Notes: generated from the letters alone by a model not told the origin. A stretch of DNA of 63,645 nucleotides, filler included, from Bigelowiella natans CCMP2755 (GCA_000320545.1; 6 parts of 6 records of this genome joined end to end with filler, not necessarily neighbours in it), one strand, 5' to 3'; shown: positions 1 to 12,404, counted from the first letter of the whole stretch. Translations and numbers: made by a program.

Positions 1-2301
1 TGCTTGACAGACCATTTTGTTAACGGATGCATCATTGAACGCCTTTAGCTCTTTTTATTGGAGGGGGAGCTCGGGAGAAAATGTGATTGATTGCATTGTT
101 CATGGCAACAATTTAGTTTTGTCGTTTTTCGAACAGGTTTGACACCACTCAGTTGGTGCAGCATCAACGGCCATCTTGAGATTGTCAAGCATCTTGTCAG
201 CATGAAGGCAGATATCGAGACGAAGGACAACAATGGTGAGTGGAATTAGGAGTGGCATTAGCAGTTGTGAGTGTAACTAGTATTCGCATTAGACATTGCT
301 ATGTGCTTGAGTTTGCCCAAATTCAGATGGTGATCATTTGGATTGTTGTCACCCCAAATTGCATTTTGCTTTACGGACTATTTAGTTGACGGATGCATCA
401 CTGAACGCCTTTAGCTGGTTTCATTGAGGGAGGGGGTGTGGACTTGGGAGAAAATGTGATTGATTGCATTGTTCATGGCAACTGTTTAGTTTTGCCATCT
501 TTTGAACAGGTGACACGCCACTCAATGGGTGCAGTTTTGAAGGCCATCTTGAGATTGTCAAGCATCTCATCAGCATGAAGGCAGATGTCGAGACGAAGGA
601 CAAGAATGGTGTGTGCAATTAGGAGTGGCATTAGCAGTTGTGAGTGCAACTAGCATCAGCATTGGACATTGCCATGTGCTTGAGTTTGCCCACATTCGGA
701 TGGAGATGATTGCAGATTGTTTTCACTGCAAAGTGCATTTTGCTTGACGGACCATTTGGTTGATGGATGCATCACAGAACGCCTTTGGCTCGTTTCATTG
801 AGAGAGGGGGGGTGGACTTGGGAGAAAATGTGATTGATTCCATTGTTCATGGCAACAATTTGGTGTGGCCTCTCTCGAACAGGTTGGACGCCACTCACTT
901 GGAGCAGTTTCAAAGGCCACGTTGAGATTGTCAAGTATCTTGTCAGCATGAAGGCAAACATCGAGACGAAGGACAACGATGGTGAGTGCAATTGGGAGTG
1001 GCATCAGAATTTTTTTTCCCCCGCAAATGGCATTTTGCGAGACGGATCATTTGGTGGATGCATCGCTAAACGCCATCATTGAAGATTTTAGGTCTTTTCA
1101 TTGGAGGGGGAGCTCGAGAGAAAATGTGATTGGTTGCATTGTTCATGGCAACAATTTAGTTTCGTCCTTTTTCGAACAGATTTGACACCACTAAGTTGGT
1201 GCAGCTTCATCGGTAATCTTGAGATTGTCAAGCATCTTGTCAGCATGAAGGCAGACATTGAGACGAAGGAGAATGGTGTGTGCAATTAGGAGTGGCATTA
1301 GCAGTTGTGAGTGCAACTAGCATCAGCATTAGACATTGCCATGTGCTTGAGTTTGCCCACATTCAGATGGTGATGATTGCAGATTGTTTTCACCGCAAAG
1401 TGCATTTTGCTTGACGGATCATTTGGTTGACGGATGCATCGCTGAACGCCTTTAGCTCGTTTCATTGAGGGAGAGGGGGTGGACTTGAGAGAAAATGTGA
1501 TTGATTCCATTGTTCTTGGCAACAATTTGGTTTTGTCGTTTTTCGAACAGGTTTGACACCACTCAGTTGGTGCAGCATCAACGGCCATCTTGAGATTGTC
1601 AAGCATCTTGTCAGCATGAAGGCAGATATCGAGACGAAGGACAACAATGGTGAGTGGAATTAGGAGTGGCATCAGAATTTTTTCCCCCCCGCAAATGGCA
1701 TTTTGCTTGACGGATCATTTGGTGGAGGCATCGCTAAACGCCTTTGGCTCGTTTCATTGAGAGAGGGGGGGTGGACTTGGGAGAAAATGTGATTGATTCC
1801 ATTGTTCATGGCAACAATTTGGTGTGGCCTCTCTCGAACAGGTTGGACGCCACTCACTTGGAGCAGTTTCAAAGGCCATCTTGAGATTGTCAAGCATCTT
1901 GTCAGCATGAAGGCAAACATCGAGACGAAGAACAACGATGGTGAGTGCAATTAGGAGTGGCATTGGCAGTTTTTGCACCGCAAAGTGATTTTTCCTTGAC
2001 GGATTATTTTTTGACGGATGCATCGCTAAACGCCTTTAGCTCGTTTCATTGAGGGAGGTGGGGGGACTCCGGGGAAATGTGATTGATTGCATTGTTCATG
2101 GCAACAATTTGCTTTTGCTCTCTTTCGAACAGGTGACACGCCACTCAGTTTGTGCAGCTTCAAAGGTCATCTTGAGATTGTCAAGTATCTTGTCAGCATG
2201 AAGGCAGATATCGAGGCGAAGGACAACAATGGTGTGTGCAATTAGGAGTGGCATTAGCAGTTGTGAGGGGACTAACATCAGCATTTGTTCATGGCAACAA
2301 T
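1..2301 (+). repeat. Tandem array of ankyrin exon + intron units (about 290-373 bp; 7 exons visible)
   Basis: Recurring blocks gagaaaatgtgattgatt.cattgttcatggcaacaat...gaacag|exon|gtg.gt.caattaggagtggca. Intron lengths are 274, 274, 198, 275, 192 and 192 nt. Confidence 0.95.
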
Positions 2302-4862
2302 ATCACAAGCATTGAGACTATAGTCGTGAGTCTCAATGTGGAGTTAGTGAATGGTAGTATGTTCTTCTCGGATGATTGAGTTTAGTGTTTGGAGTGGAAT
2401 TGTATTGTGAGTCGTGGCAGCTGAATGAGTAGTAATAATAGTGTCAAAGCTAAGTAGAGAACAAAATGCCGAAGAAGTGGTAGCGTAGGAAAAGATGGTC
2501 GATATTGAGGAATAAAGGATGATTGTGATGAAATGCATTGTATTTGTTGCATTTTTGTTTGTCTTTCAGGTAAGAGACCATTAGATAAGGCGGTAGAAGA
2601 GAACAATGACAATGTAGTGAACCATCTCCGCAATGAAACGACAAAGCTGGGCTTAGCGAAGATGAAGACCGAAAATAAAATCACAAACATTGCTAAGACG
2701 TTTTCAAGCGAAGGACTATGGACTTGTGCCAGGCTGTGCTTTCAAGGAAGTATCGCCGAGCTCAAAGACTTTGCTACAGCGAGATTTCCACGATTCTCCT
2801 TTCATTCGAAAATGGAAAAGGACGAATTGGTGCAGGCTTTAAAAAAACAAGCAATGGATGCGGTAACGGTTCGTTCCCTTAAAGATTGTTGCAGGAAATA
2901 TGGGATTAAGGGGTACTCTGGAAAAAACAAAGGAAAGCTGGGGCAGATGATTTTTGATGAAGCAACGTGTTCTATCCAAAGAAAGGTAAATGTCTGAATT
3001 TGTGAATGGAATCTAAATGGGTAGCATGCTTGGATGTTAGACATCAATTTATCTTGCTTCAGAGTTGTCCCGATCATCGATATTCAATGCAAATCTAAGA
3101 CAGTTCGTGCCTTTCTGATAGTCTAACAATGAACTAATGGAGTCGGATTCCGAGTCGGATTCCGATGATGAACCAATGGAGTCGGATTCCGAGTCGGATT
3201 CCGATTATGAACCAATGGAGTCGGATTTCGAGTCGGATTCCGATTATGAACCAATGGAGTCGGATTCCGATGATGAAGACGAACCAATCATCCGGTAGAA
3301 AGGCGCTAAGTGTTCACCAAGCAACATTTTTAAACGGAAATATAAATAGATCAAAGTCGGTGCCATCAAAGTCTGGTAAAAAGCGAGCAGAAGTGTCTAC
3401 AGTTGGAGAGTCTCTCGTTGCTAGACCCAGCAAAAAGGTCATTATTTCGAATGGCACTTGCAAAATATGCAACCAATTAGGATCACAAACGTGCTGCTGC
3501 TGCTGCTGCTGCTGTATCAGGCAAAACTTGGATCATATGAGGACAGCAAAGGGCAGGAAAATGGTGAAGAAGCTGAAAAATTTGAACGATTTCTCAAAGA
3601 AGCGCGTCTCTCTGAATTCGTGCAAACATTGCGTGAAGCTGGTTACGAGTATATCGATGATTTGCCCGAAATGGTGATGTTAATAATCTTGATATGAAGA
3701 GTAGTTTTTGGATATAATGTTAAGTAATCGTCCTATCGTTATAACATCTCAGGATAGTGATGAAAAGGAGAAGTTCTTTCCGAAAAAACCGCACCGTAGA
3801 AGGTTCGAAAAGGCGATCAAGGAAATGAAAAAGACCACTTCAGTGAAACCTAGCAAAAAGCCGAAACCTGTCATTGACCACAAGTTTGCATTAATTATCG
3901 GTAATGGAAAATACAGGAAAGGTCCATTGGGATCAAACCCTATCAATGATGCCCAAGTTATAAGAAACAAGTTTGAATCTGAGTACGGCTACAAAGTCTT
4001 CTATCATGAAAACCTGAAAAGTAAAGATATGAAAGATGCTCTTTATAAATTTGAAAAAGCACTCAAAAATGCAATCAAGGGGGGAGGCGAATCCCTAGCA
4101 GTTGTATTTTTCGCCGGTCATGGTGTCCTAACAACAACTGCGAACGGCTTGAGTGAAAATTTGCTTCTGGGTATCGATAACGTCGGTTATGAGGATGAAA
4201 GGTAGAGGTTATTGGCTCTTCGATTATCATTAAGTAACTGCATCTTCTTGTTGCAGGGATTTGCAAGTGAAAGAACTAAGTACCAAAGATGTAGTTACAG
4301 CCTTAGAAGAAGCAAAAGTCTCGATGAAAATCATGTTGCTGGATTGTTGTCGTGAAGTTTCAGGTATTCAAATCCATGTATCATCAACCACCTGCCAACC
4401 AACACAGCAACAATTTACCATCACATTAGGAATGCCACTTTCCGTGGTGAGCAAAAGTCGTTCGTTAGCGAAGAGTGGTTTGAAGATCCCAAGAGAAGAG
4501 GTGAAAGGATGCATGATACTCTACGCTTTTCAACCAGGTGAATTCATTTTTGAAAACGCAAAAAGATTCTTCGGGCAAAATAACACATTTCACCTGTGTG
4601 TGCTGTTTGCATGTTAGGCAAGCTAACTTCAAATGGAGATTATGAAAAGAAGAACGGACTCTTCACCGAATCGTTGATGGAAGCCTTCAAAAGCAGGAAG
4701 AATGAAAGGAATCCTCCAACATTCTGCGATCTCGTCAGTGAAGCTGGGAAAATCATGGAACATCACAATCAACAACCTGCTGTTGAAATTTCATGCGTGG
4801 GCCAGAGCATTTACATGTGCATCGATGGGACCCACTTCAAAGACTGGCACACGCTGCCGTAG
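137..4862 (+). CDS. Ankyrin-repeat / Rho-N(HeH)-like x2 / acidic repeat / SAM / caspase-like (peptidase C14, paracaspase-type) protein, 5' partial, multi-exon
   Basis: Ankyrin exons at 137-235, 510-608, 883-981, 1180-1275, 1551-1649, 1842-1940 and 2133-2231 (GxTPLxxxSxxGHLEIVKhLVSMKAdIETKD). Exon 2570-2985 has a capping repeat GKRPLDKA plus SIAELKDFA..KMEKDELVQAL and TVRSLKDCCRKYGIKGYSGKNK. Acidic exon ~3122-3294. SAM-like FERFLKEARLSEFVQTLREAGYEYIDDLPEM|DSDEKEKFFPKKPHRRRFEKAI. Caspase-fold motifs ALIIGNGKY..NPINDA, VFFAGHG (His), MLLDCCR (Cys), YAFQPG, NGLFTESL. GT-AG introns keep frame to the stop at 4860-4862. Confidence 0.88.
3130..3285 (+). repeat. Coding 36-bp repeat (EPMESDSESDSDD/Y) built from 12-bp GAGTCGGATTCC units
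   Basis: gaaccaatggagtcggattccgagtcggattccgat occurs about 4 times, in frame within the ankyrin-caspase gene. Confidence 0.85.
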
Positions 4863-5699
4863 CTGAAACGGCGAAGGGATGTGAAAGCCTTCAATATTAT
4901 CTTGCTAGCTTGTCAACACTATCTGAAAGAAGGCAACGGATGCATTCTGATTCTTTCTGTTCGCGGAAATGCAATGGACAAAATAAAAACAAAATAAGCA
5001 CAGAATGTCGAATGTGAGAAGTATGCGTTTGCGTGGTGTGCACAGCTGCATGCACACATGCAAAATGACAGACAACAAGGAATTTGATTTGTTTTTGCAT
5101 GCTAGCTTGTCTGTTGCCAAACATGATCGTGACATGACAAAGGCAACCCATGCGAAATGCCTCAAAGCCCGCCTTGCTAGCATGGCTCTCTAGCTCTGAG
5201 GTTGAGGTGGAACACGACTGCAGCTGGCGCTCGATCATGCTGCATGTGTGATTGTCAGGAGCATTCCAGCAAGCCAGAGCTCAATGGAACAGACTAGCAG
5301 ACCTCATCGAATGCCAACATGTGCAAACAACAAGGTACGGTAGCAAGTCGCTACAGATAGCTACCCTGGCGGTGCATGTTAGCATGCATGACGCCGTACC
5401 ATGCTAGCATGCTAGTATGCGTCTGCAATTACAAAATGCATTGTGGCGTGTGTCACGACAAACTCAAACGAATTTGTCTCATTTTTCCACATAACATGTT
5501 GACACGCATTGATGAATGTTCATGAAGATTCAGAAGACCAAGCCCCCTCTTTCCAAAATGACTGCAAAACAACCTGAAATGACAGAATATGGTCAGGAAC
5601 AAAAGAGCAAGATGTCCTTCATAGATAATATGGATAATGACTTTCAATTATCATGCTGATACCTCGATTACATAGAGTCTTTCCTCACAAAATCGAGCA

Positions 5700-7430
5700 A
5701 ATCAAACTGCACTGCTTCGTATCTACCCTGTTGCAGCATGAAGCGCCCCTTGCTACTACCAGTATTTCTTTTAATTTTCAGGGCATTGTACCAATCATGC
5801 ATGCGATTCCTGGCGTAGCAGCGAGTAACACTAGCCTCCTTTCCGATCGAGATTTTTTGTGCTTTCTACCATCTGCTGATATCGGAAAAACAAACAAACA
5901 TGTTGTTGAGGTAGAAGAAGGAAGGATCACTTTCTTGCAGCACAGCTTCAAGCCTGACTTTTCTTCCGAAAACAAAACCGAGTGAGCGAAAAAAATGAGA
6001 GCAAAAGGAAAGAGAACTGGAGAGAAAGTGGGGGGGGGGGGGGGGGAAGGAGAATTGATAATATACGGTAGAGAAAAATGTTCGTCATCATCGCATCATT
6101 TCTTGTTCATAATTGTCTTCATATTTCTGTTTCAATGCTTGATGTGCGTCACTTGCAGATGTGGACCACTTGCAGGTTTGCACCTGTACTCCCTCCTTCC
6201 GGCCGAATATCTTCAAAATAACTCGGATCTTCATCATCATTAGCAGCAGCTTCGTCAGACATCAACCTCCACATTGTCGCATCAAGTATGCTGCTGGCTT
6301 GGGGGCTGATTGTCGATCCTCCATCTCGATTCTCCCTACAAAATGCCGTATCAGCAGATATTACGATAAACACTCGCGAGACTTCCTTTGCTAGGACGTC
6401 CGGGGGGAAAAAAAAAAACCAGGAAATGTGCGGAACGGACCTGCGGATCTTCGCCTTTCTCATTCGCTCTATCACGAGATGCGAGTATTTGCTGTACTCC
6501 GCCGTTACGGACTGCGGCTGTCTACCTGAAGTGGAAGAGCGCGTTCATCGCGGTGGTTTTTAGAGGATGGTGGCAAGGACCCCGCCCCTGCAGAGGAAAA
6601 CGAGAACAGGCTGCTGCCGCCGATTTTCATCAGAATAAAAACTCGAAATTCATAATTCGGTTGGGCACATGTAGTAAAAACTCTCGCACCGACCAACACC
6701 CTCATTGGCACTGGCTATACGACATGTGTATATATGTGGGAGCATGCAAGGAGGCTGCAGATAGCGTACTTATAACGTCGAGCTCCTTCATCAATCGAAT
6801 GGGCTTTAGCCATAGATGTGGTATAGGCCGCACCTGGAAAAGGGCATCATACGCCGTTAATCACGGCAAATCAAGTTGAAATTTTTAGTCATGGCAATAT
6901 TGAAAACCCACTAAACGCATTGAGGAAACTTCCAAAAACAGTAAAGATATAGGCCTTTCATAGATAGAAAAATGCATCATTGAGTCGCCGCTTCCTCACG
7001 AATACTACCAAATTCCAGTCTTTGCACTTTTGGTTGAATTCCTCCACCCTCTGCGAATGTGTGTATGTGTGTGTGTGTGTGTGTGTTAGCGCGCGCGCGC
7101 GCACGTTCGACTACAACGAGGGAAAATGAAAGAACATCGTATGTCACATATCAAAGATTTCCATCTGCATTGCGTTCAATGAGTTATTTGCGATTCTGGC
7201 TGCTCATCCTATCCCTGAACACTTCGATAAAAACGTGTCCCGAGGTGCATTTGTGAGTATGTCCTTCTCAGACATCCACGTCATCATCGTCGATGTCCTC
7301 TCGTTGAATTCAATTGCGGTAGTATCATGCCTCTGCGCCCGCGCTCGTGGGTTGCTGCAACTCAACTGCGGCTGCTACCTGATGTAAATCCCGCAGCGCA
7401 ACGCCGCTTCCATCCAGCTCCACGCCTACC
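5700..7430 (-). CDS. Hypothetical multi-exon protein (boundaries uncertain)
   Basis: Splice-compatible exons on the minus strand, e.g. ..RANEKGEDPQ|DVLAKEVSRVFIVISADTAFC.. and RLEAVLQESDPSFFYLNNMFVCFSDISRW|NRMHDWYNALKIKR. No family recognised. Confidence 0.4.
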
Positions 7431-8789
7431 AAAAACAACCGGGAAAAATCAGGCCAAACCGAATGCTCAGTGCTCTGATTGATCACATTTTTATGCGTCG
7501 ATGTTTGACCGATGGATGTCAATTCGCCGCATCATTTTTCCGAGAGTTGAGGACTCATCACTCACCAATTGAAGGTGGTCGCTCGATCATAATGTTTCAG
7601 GTGGCGTGGCCGCGGTCGCGTTTTGCTGCGCCTTTCATTCTTCGAATTCATACATATTTTTATTAAAGAACAGTGCTGCTGCTACCAACCTCCAAAAGCC
7701 CTTTCTTCGTTCGTCATGAGGTGATGAATGCCCTACGATGATGATGGTGATGATGATGATGATGATAAACATGATTGTGAGCATTTAAAGAATAAGAATG
7801 ATGATAGATGAGATGGTGATAAAGACATGGTGTTTTCTAGTGTTAAATCCTCAGGAAATAGCGATCTTCATTCATCATGCTAGAATATATTGACGAAGAT
7901 AGAAGACGAGGCACCTTCAATTCCATCAGCATCTGTGCGCGATTCTACGTTTATTTAGTGATTGGCGTTACTCAGGAAGTATACACAAACACACACACAT
8001 ACACACACACACAAACCATGTAATAATCGAAATATGGTAGGCTTATAAACAAGCTAAACGGAAAGCAGCGTCCCATTCGTTCTCGTGCGACATGCTCGTA
8101 TCAAATATCGGCGTCTTCAGCTAAGTTTTCAAGCGGTCAAAAAGAGATTGCTATTTCGTTATTTGTCAGATTTTACATGCTCGAGCTCATGCATTTGATC
8201 GATCCAGACCTAGGTAAGAGGGAGGGGGGGAATGGGAGGAAGAGATAAACAGCATCATCATCATCACCACCATCCTTTTTTCATCACGGTTGTCTTCTTC
8301 CTTGTTGTGCTTTATTTCTCGATGATAAAAGAACATAATGCGTTCGGAACATCATGCTTTGATGAACAGGCAGACAAATGTAGCTTTTTGATGTGAAATT
8401 GGAAGCGTCTGTGCTCGATAACAACTTGAAAACGATTCGTCATCTATGTGTCAATTGGGAAAAACTGAAAATTGTTTTTTAAATCCTTTTATTGTTTTTC
8501 TTCAGCCCTTCTACTATCTTAGTTGCTGATTATTGCAGTTCTGTCATCCATTCCCCCTCCCCCCTCTCCCCCCTTCTCCCCCATCTCACCGGGCGGCAGT
8601 TATTCTTCTTCAGAAGCCTACTCGTAACATCGTCGTCCTGGGAAGAAGGCGGAGCAGAAATTTGTACGTGTGTGGTATACGATATTCATTTTCTAACAGA
8701 ATGGGGGAAAGTCAAACGAGCATGACGTAAAAGCGCGGATGATTGTCCCCTCCCACAGTAGCTAAATTTGTATTAAATCGCATTTCTTC

Positions 8790-10405
8790 TCAAGGCGACA
8801 AAGTCTATCATAACTACCAGGTGCTCCAGCGGCTTTCCCTTGCCTTTCAAGTTCTAAGTGTGTTTTATGCGTCCATCAGCCAACAACTACCGCATGCAAA
8901 CGCATTTGTGCATGTGCGCTATGGCTGTGATAGCGTGGTGTGCGATTTGTCGGTATCTGCCAGCACGGCTCTCCCGTTTGCCGCCATTCTCACCTTGAAG
9001 CTTCCATTCCAAACAGCCTCCTGTATCCTGGTCTCTACCATCCCTGAGCAAACCAAAGATTTGCAGAGCATACAGTGAGAAGGCATGCTCGGGGCGCATC
9101 ATCGCCGTTGCATAGGAGATAAAATCATCGACGCTTTTTCTCGTTTTTATATCGTCCAAAAATAAAACGACAGTCGTGCGCGAGGATAGCTGAAAGCAAC
9201 CGGATATTTCCTTCAGAGACTTGTGCTTTAGCTTTGAAGCTCCTTTACGCGTCGAGTCCCGCTTCTCCTCTGCCGCAACACCGTCAAAGCAAAAATTACA
9301 CAATACGACGAGGAGATCTCCTAAGATCTCTCATGGCAAAAGCTAAAAAAAAATCAGGGCTGGGCGATGTGACATTTATCACATGAACGCTTTCCGGGAT
9401 GGGCGGAGGGGGCCAACTGTCACAGCTGTGTGCTCTGGTCATGGTTAATCTTCCCAGAAGCATGCAAATTTTCCCGCTAATTTGTCTTTCTGAATTTTGC
9501 TGCAATCCACCTGCGCCTTGTTTGGCGTTTCGAAGTCGCTCTGTCGCATAGAAGGAGGCAACGTGGGACCTAATACAACGGTGTTGATTTCACTCCAATG
9601 ACATGAATCAGAGGCTAATGTCATCTATTTAACAATATGAGGTCGAAGTATCGAGCAGATTTCGCAATTTTCCTATCCTACGACAGGGCTATCATAGGGT
9701 GCCACGATGAAATAGGGAAAGTTTAAGAATATCATCAAAAACCTGCTGAAAATCTCAATGGTGTATTCATCAACGAACATTCTCGAAATATATACCTTTC
9801 CTCCGGACTCATGTTGATGTTGAGATCAACCTTGGGCTAAATTTTGAAGCGAAAAGGGTAAGGGGGGGGGGATAGAAGTTTCATTTCACTCATTGACAAA
9901 AACGAGACTTGTGTTTAAGCGGACCTTTGCTCCTTTGTGCTTCCGGACTCGTTCCCTTACAAAAATTAAAAGAAGTTTAAAAATGTTGGATATACGACGT
10001 TGTGCAGCTACATCAGCCCTACTACTAGCAGATGCGGAAGGGGCAGCACCTGTGGTCCTCCATCTTTGGCATCAACACCCGAGAGCTCTCACACCTGGCA
10101 AGCAAACCAAAAAGAAAGACCCGCAGTTCAGAGTCACAACCCCAACCTGCTCGGTACGACTATCTAGGAACTACCTCGAGAAGAAAACCTTGTCCCGTTT
10201 TGCTGTGGCAGGGGTCACTGCCGTCGAGCCCTCAGAAGAAGAGGTGGAGGAGGAAAGATGTTCTTCGTCAGTGGATTTCGGCGTCGTCGTTGCCGTGCTG
10301 CTGCTGCTAAAACGGAATAAGTTGAATCGAGACCGCATGTTCCACGACGTCGCTTTCGCTTTGGACGTAAGCACTGCAGCTTTCCGCCCCCCCCTCCTCA
10401 CGATC
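8790..10405 (-). CDS. Hypothetical multi-exon protein, possible organelle-targeting N-terminus
   Basis: Arg/Ser-rich start MIVRRGGRKAAVLTSKAKATSWNMRSRFNLFRFSSSS, followed by short GT-AG-bounded exons (PKVDLNINMSPEE; SHVASFYATERLRN; ISYATAMMRPEHAFSLYALQIFG). Confidence 0.35.
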
Positions 10406-10899
10406 ATCGTCGTCGCTTTGTGTGGTTCCCGATTCGTCGGTTCGGATATGTTGTTGTTTATGTTGTGACAATGACTTCGTTTAGTTCGGATTTTACCGAT
10501 AGAATATCGTGTACATCTTCGATCATTTTTTCGGGTAATGAGGCACGTAACTGACTCACAGAACATCCGAAAAAGTTTGGTCCAGATAGTTCTGTCCCAT
10601 ATTCTTTCCTTAATATGAAAAGAATCCATGGCGTTTTATTGCAAATTTTGCTTCTTTTATCCATAAACGCACGGTGTTCTGTATTATGAGTCCGCTTTTC
10701 TCGTGCGACTTAGCTCTTGCTCCCTTTCCACAAACACGAGAATCCGTTCTGCAGCAGGTAGTACTCCCCCTCCCCTTCTTCACAATGTATCAGCCATGAT
10801 TCACAATCAATGAAGAACCTTATTGTGCTGATAGGAAAATTAGAACAGGGTCGGTTGAAGGGTGAGGGTGCCTCAAAGTGCTCTCTTGCAGCTCTCGAA

Positions 10900-12404
10900 A
10901 ACAGCTTTCACATAGTGGAGAATTTCGGATAATAAGTCTCTCGAAAGAGAGAGAGGAAAACTTCTAGCTATTGCCAGCGGGGAGAACTAACATGAAGGCC
11001 CCACAAATCCAAAAAGAGGACCACAAGTACCTCAGCCATTCCTCGGCGTCACAGTGCGTACAGAGAGCTGGGGGCTACATGATGAGATGTCTTATCTGTC
11101 CGACGCTAGTAATCATCCGGTGAGTTCAGTGTCTAAATTAACGTCGAAGAAAAATGCGTCGCAAAGGGTGTTTGGTGTGGCAAGTGCTGTCTTTCCATGT
11201 GAATAGTACAGTAAGAACGCAACGGCGTAAGACATGTTGATCCTCCTGCGATGCTTTGTCATGCTGATGACATCATCGCTTTCGCGTATTCTTTTCCTTT
11301 TCCTCTTCCCCTCGACGACGCTCTCTCCGACACCTCCCCTAGATTCTCTTCCCTTTCTAGTAACACATTTACTGGGCAGCGTTGAAAGCTCAATTCCCCA
11401 TATTGCAAGCTTTGAATCAAGTCGAATAATGCCAAAGACCGATTTCATTTTTTTAATTTTTTTTGCGGCAGGTTACTTGTCATCGTCATCTCTTTCCTAT
11501 TCTGCCCGATAAAGGTCACTCTGATTCATGAGATATATACAATCGATCGAAGCATCTAACTCAGCACCCTTGAAATCGGATTGCGAGACTCGTAGGCGCG
11601 AGAAAACACATGTCATTGCTAGGCCCGTGTATTTGAGAGAAAACAACAATATCGTGTTGTTGGTACATCGCAATACTTTTTTAAATAAAGAATTCAAGTT
11701 ATTCGCCGTGGTATGGTATAAGCGCGTTGGAGGAGGAGGATTTTCATGACTAAAGTAACAATTATATAATCGCATGTAAATCAGGCGGTCGTGGCTATGA
11801 TCTACGGGACGCCTGAAAATCAGTAAGAATCTTTCACGCTCTCTCCCTTTACTTATCACCACAACTTTGCATATGTCCATCGGGTCTCAAACTTGCGACA
11901 CCGACAGTCGAAGCACGTCAAATTTATCTCATCGAGAGGCCCTTACGGTTTGATTTTTGCGTGGCGCTGCAGGTGTACAAGGTGTTTGGAGTTGGCCGTT
12001 GAAGCACCTCTTCTCTTCCTTCAGGATCTTTGCAAAAGGCACAGTATATAAGAGATGTCTTTCACTTCATAGAGCAGCCAACACAATGCACCTTTCTTTT
12101 CTTGCAAAGAAGATAGAAACGGGGATATGGTTTCGTTCGGGGTGGGATTTTGTATCACCGATAATAACGTGGGAAACTAGTGATGTGTCCTCGTGTACGA
12201 CTCTGCGCGACGTCATTTTTCCTTGAGAAGTCGTCCAGCCTGCCCCCATTGCTATATTGAATGAAAACATCGGTGTTCTCTGCCTTCAGGTGGTATATCT
12301 ACGACCCCTATTTTGACGTGGAGAAGGGCGAAAGGCGTGCCCTCCACAACTCATATGGGGAGGATCAAGAAGAAGACGAGGCGGATCTTTTCAGCGACGA
12401 TTAA
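10900..12404 (+). CDS. Hypothetical multi-exon protein (start uncertain)
   Basis: Exons PQVPQPFLGVTVRTESWGLHDEMSY..HP|gt and EDRNGDMVSFGVGFCITDNN|, with terminal exon WYIYDPYFDVEKGERRALHNSYGEDQEEDEADLFSDD* (TAA 12402-12404). Confidence 0.4.

Noticed and set aside
1-2301. Ankyrin array as a CRISPR array or a diversity-generating retroelement
   Set aside because: The units are spliceosomal exon+intron duplications, with no unique spacers, cas genes or reverse transcriptase in the window.
3130-3285. Palindromic TCGGA-T-TCCGA repeats as CRISPR or operator sites
   Set aside because: No spacers; the repeat reads in frame as an acidic ESDS linker inside an exon.
7700-8770. Possible plus-strand multi-exon gene
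   Set aside because: Some splice-like segments (e.g. FYMLELMHLIDPDL) are present, but I could not assemble a consistent frame.
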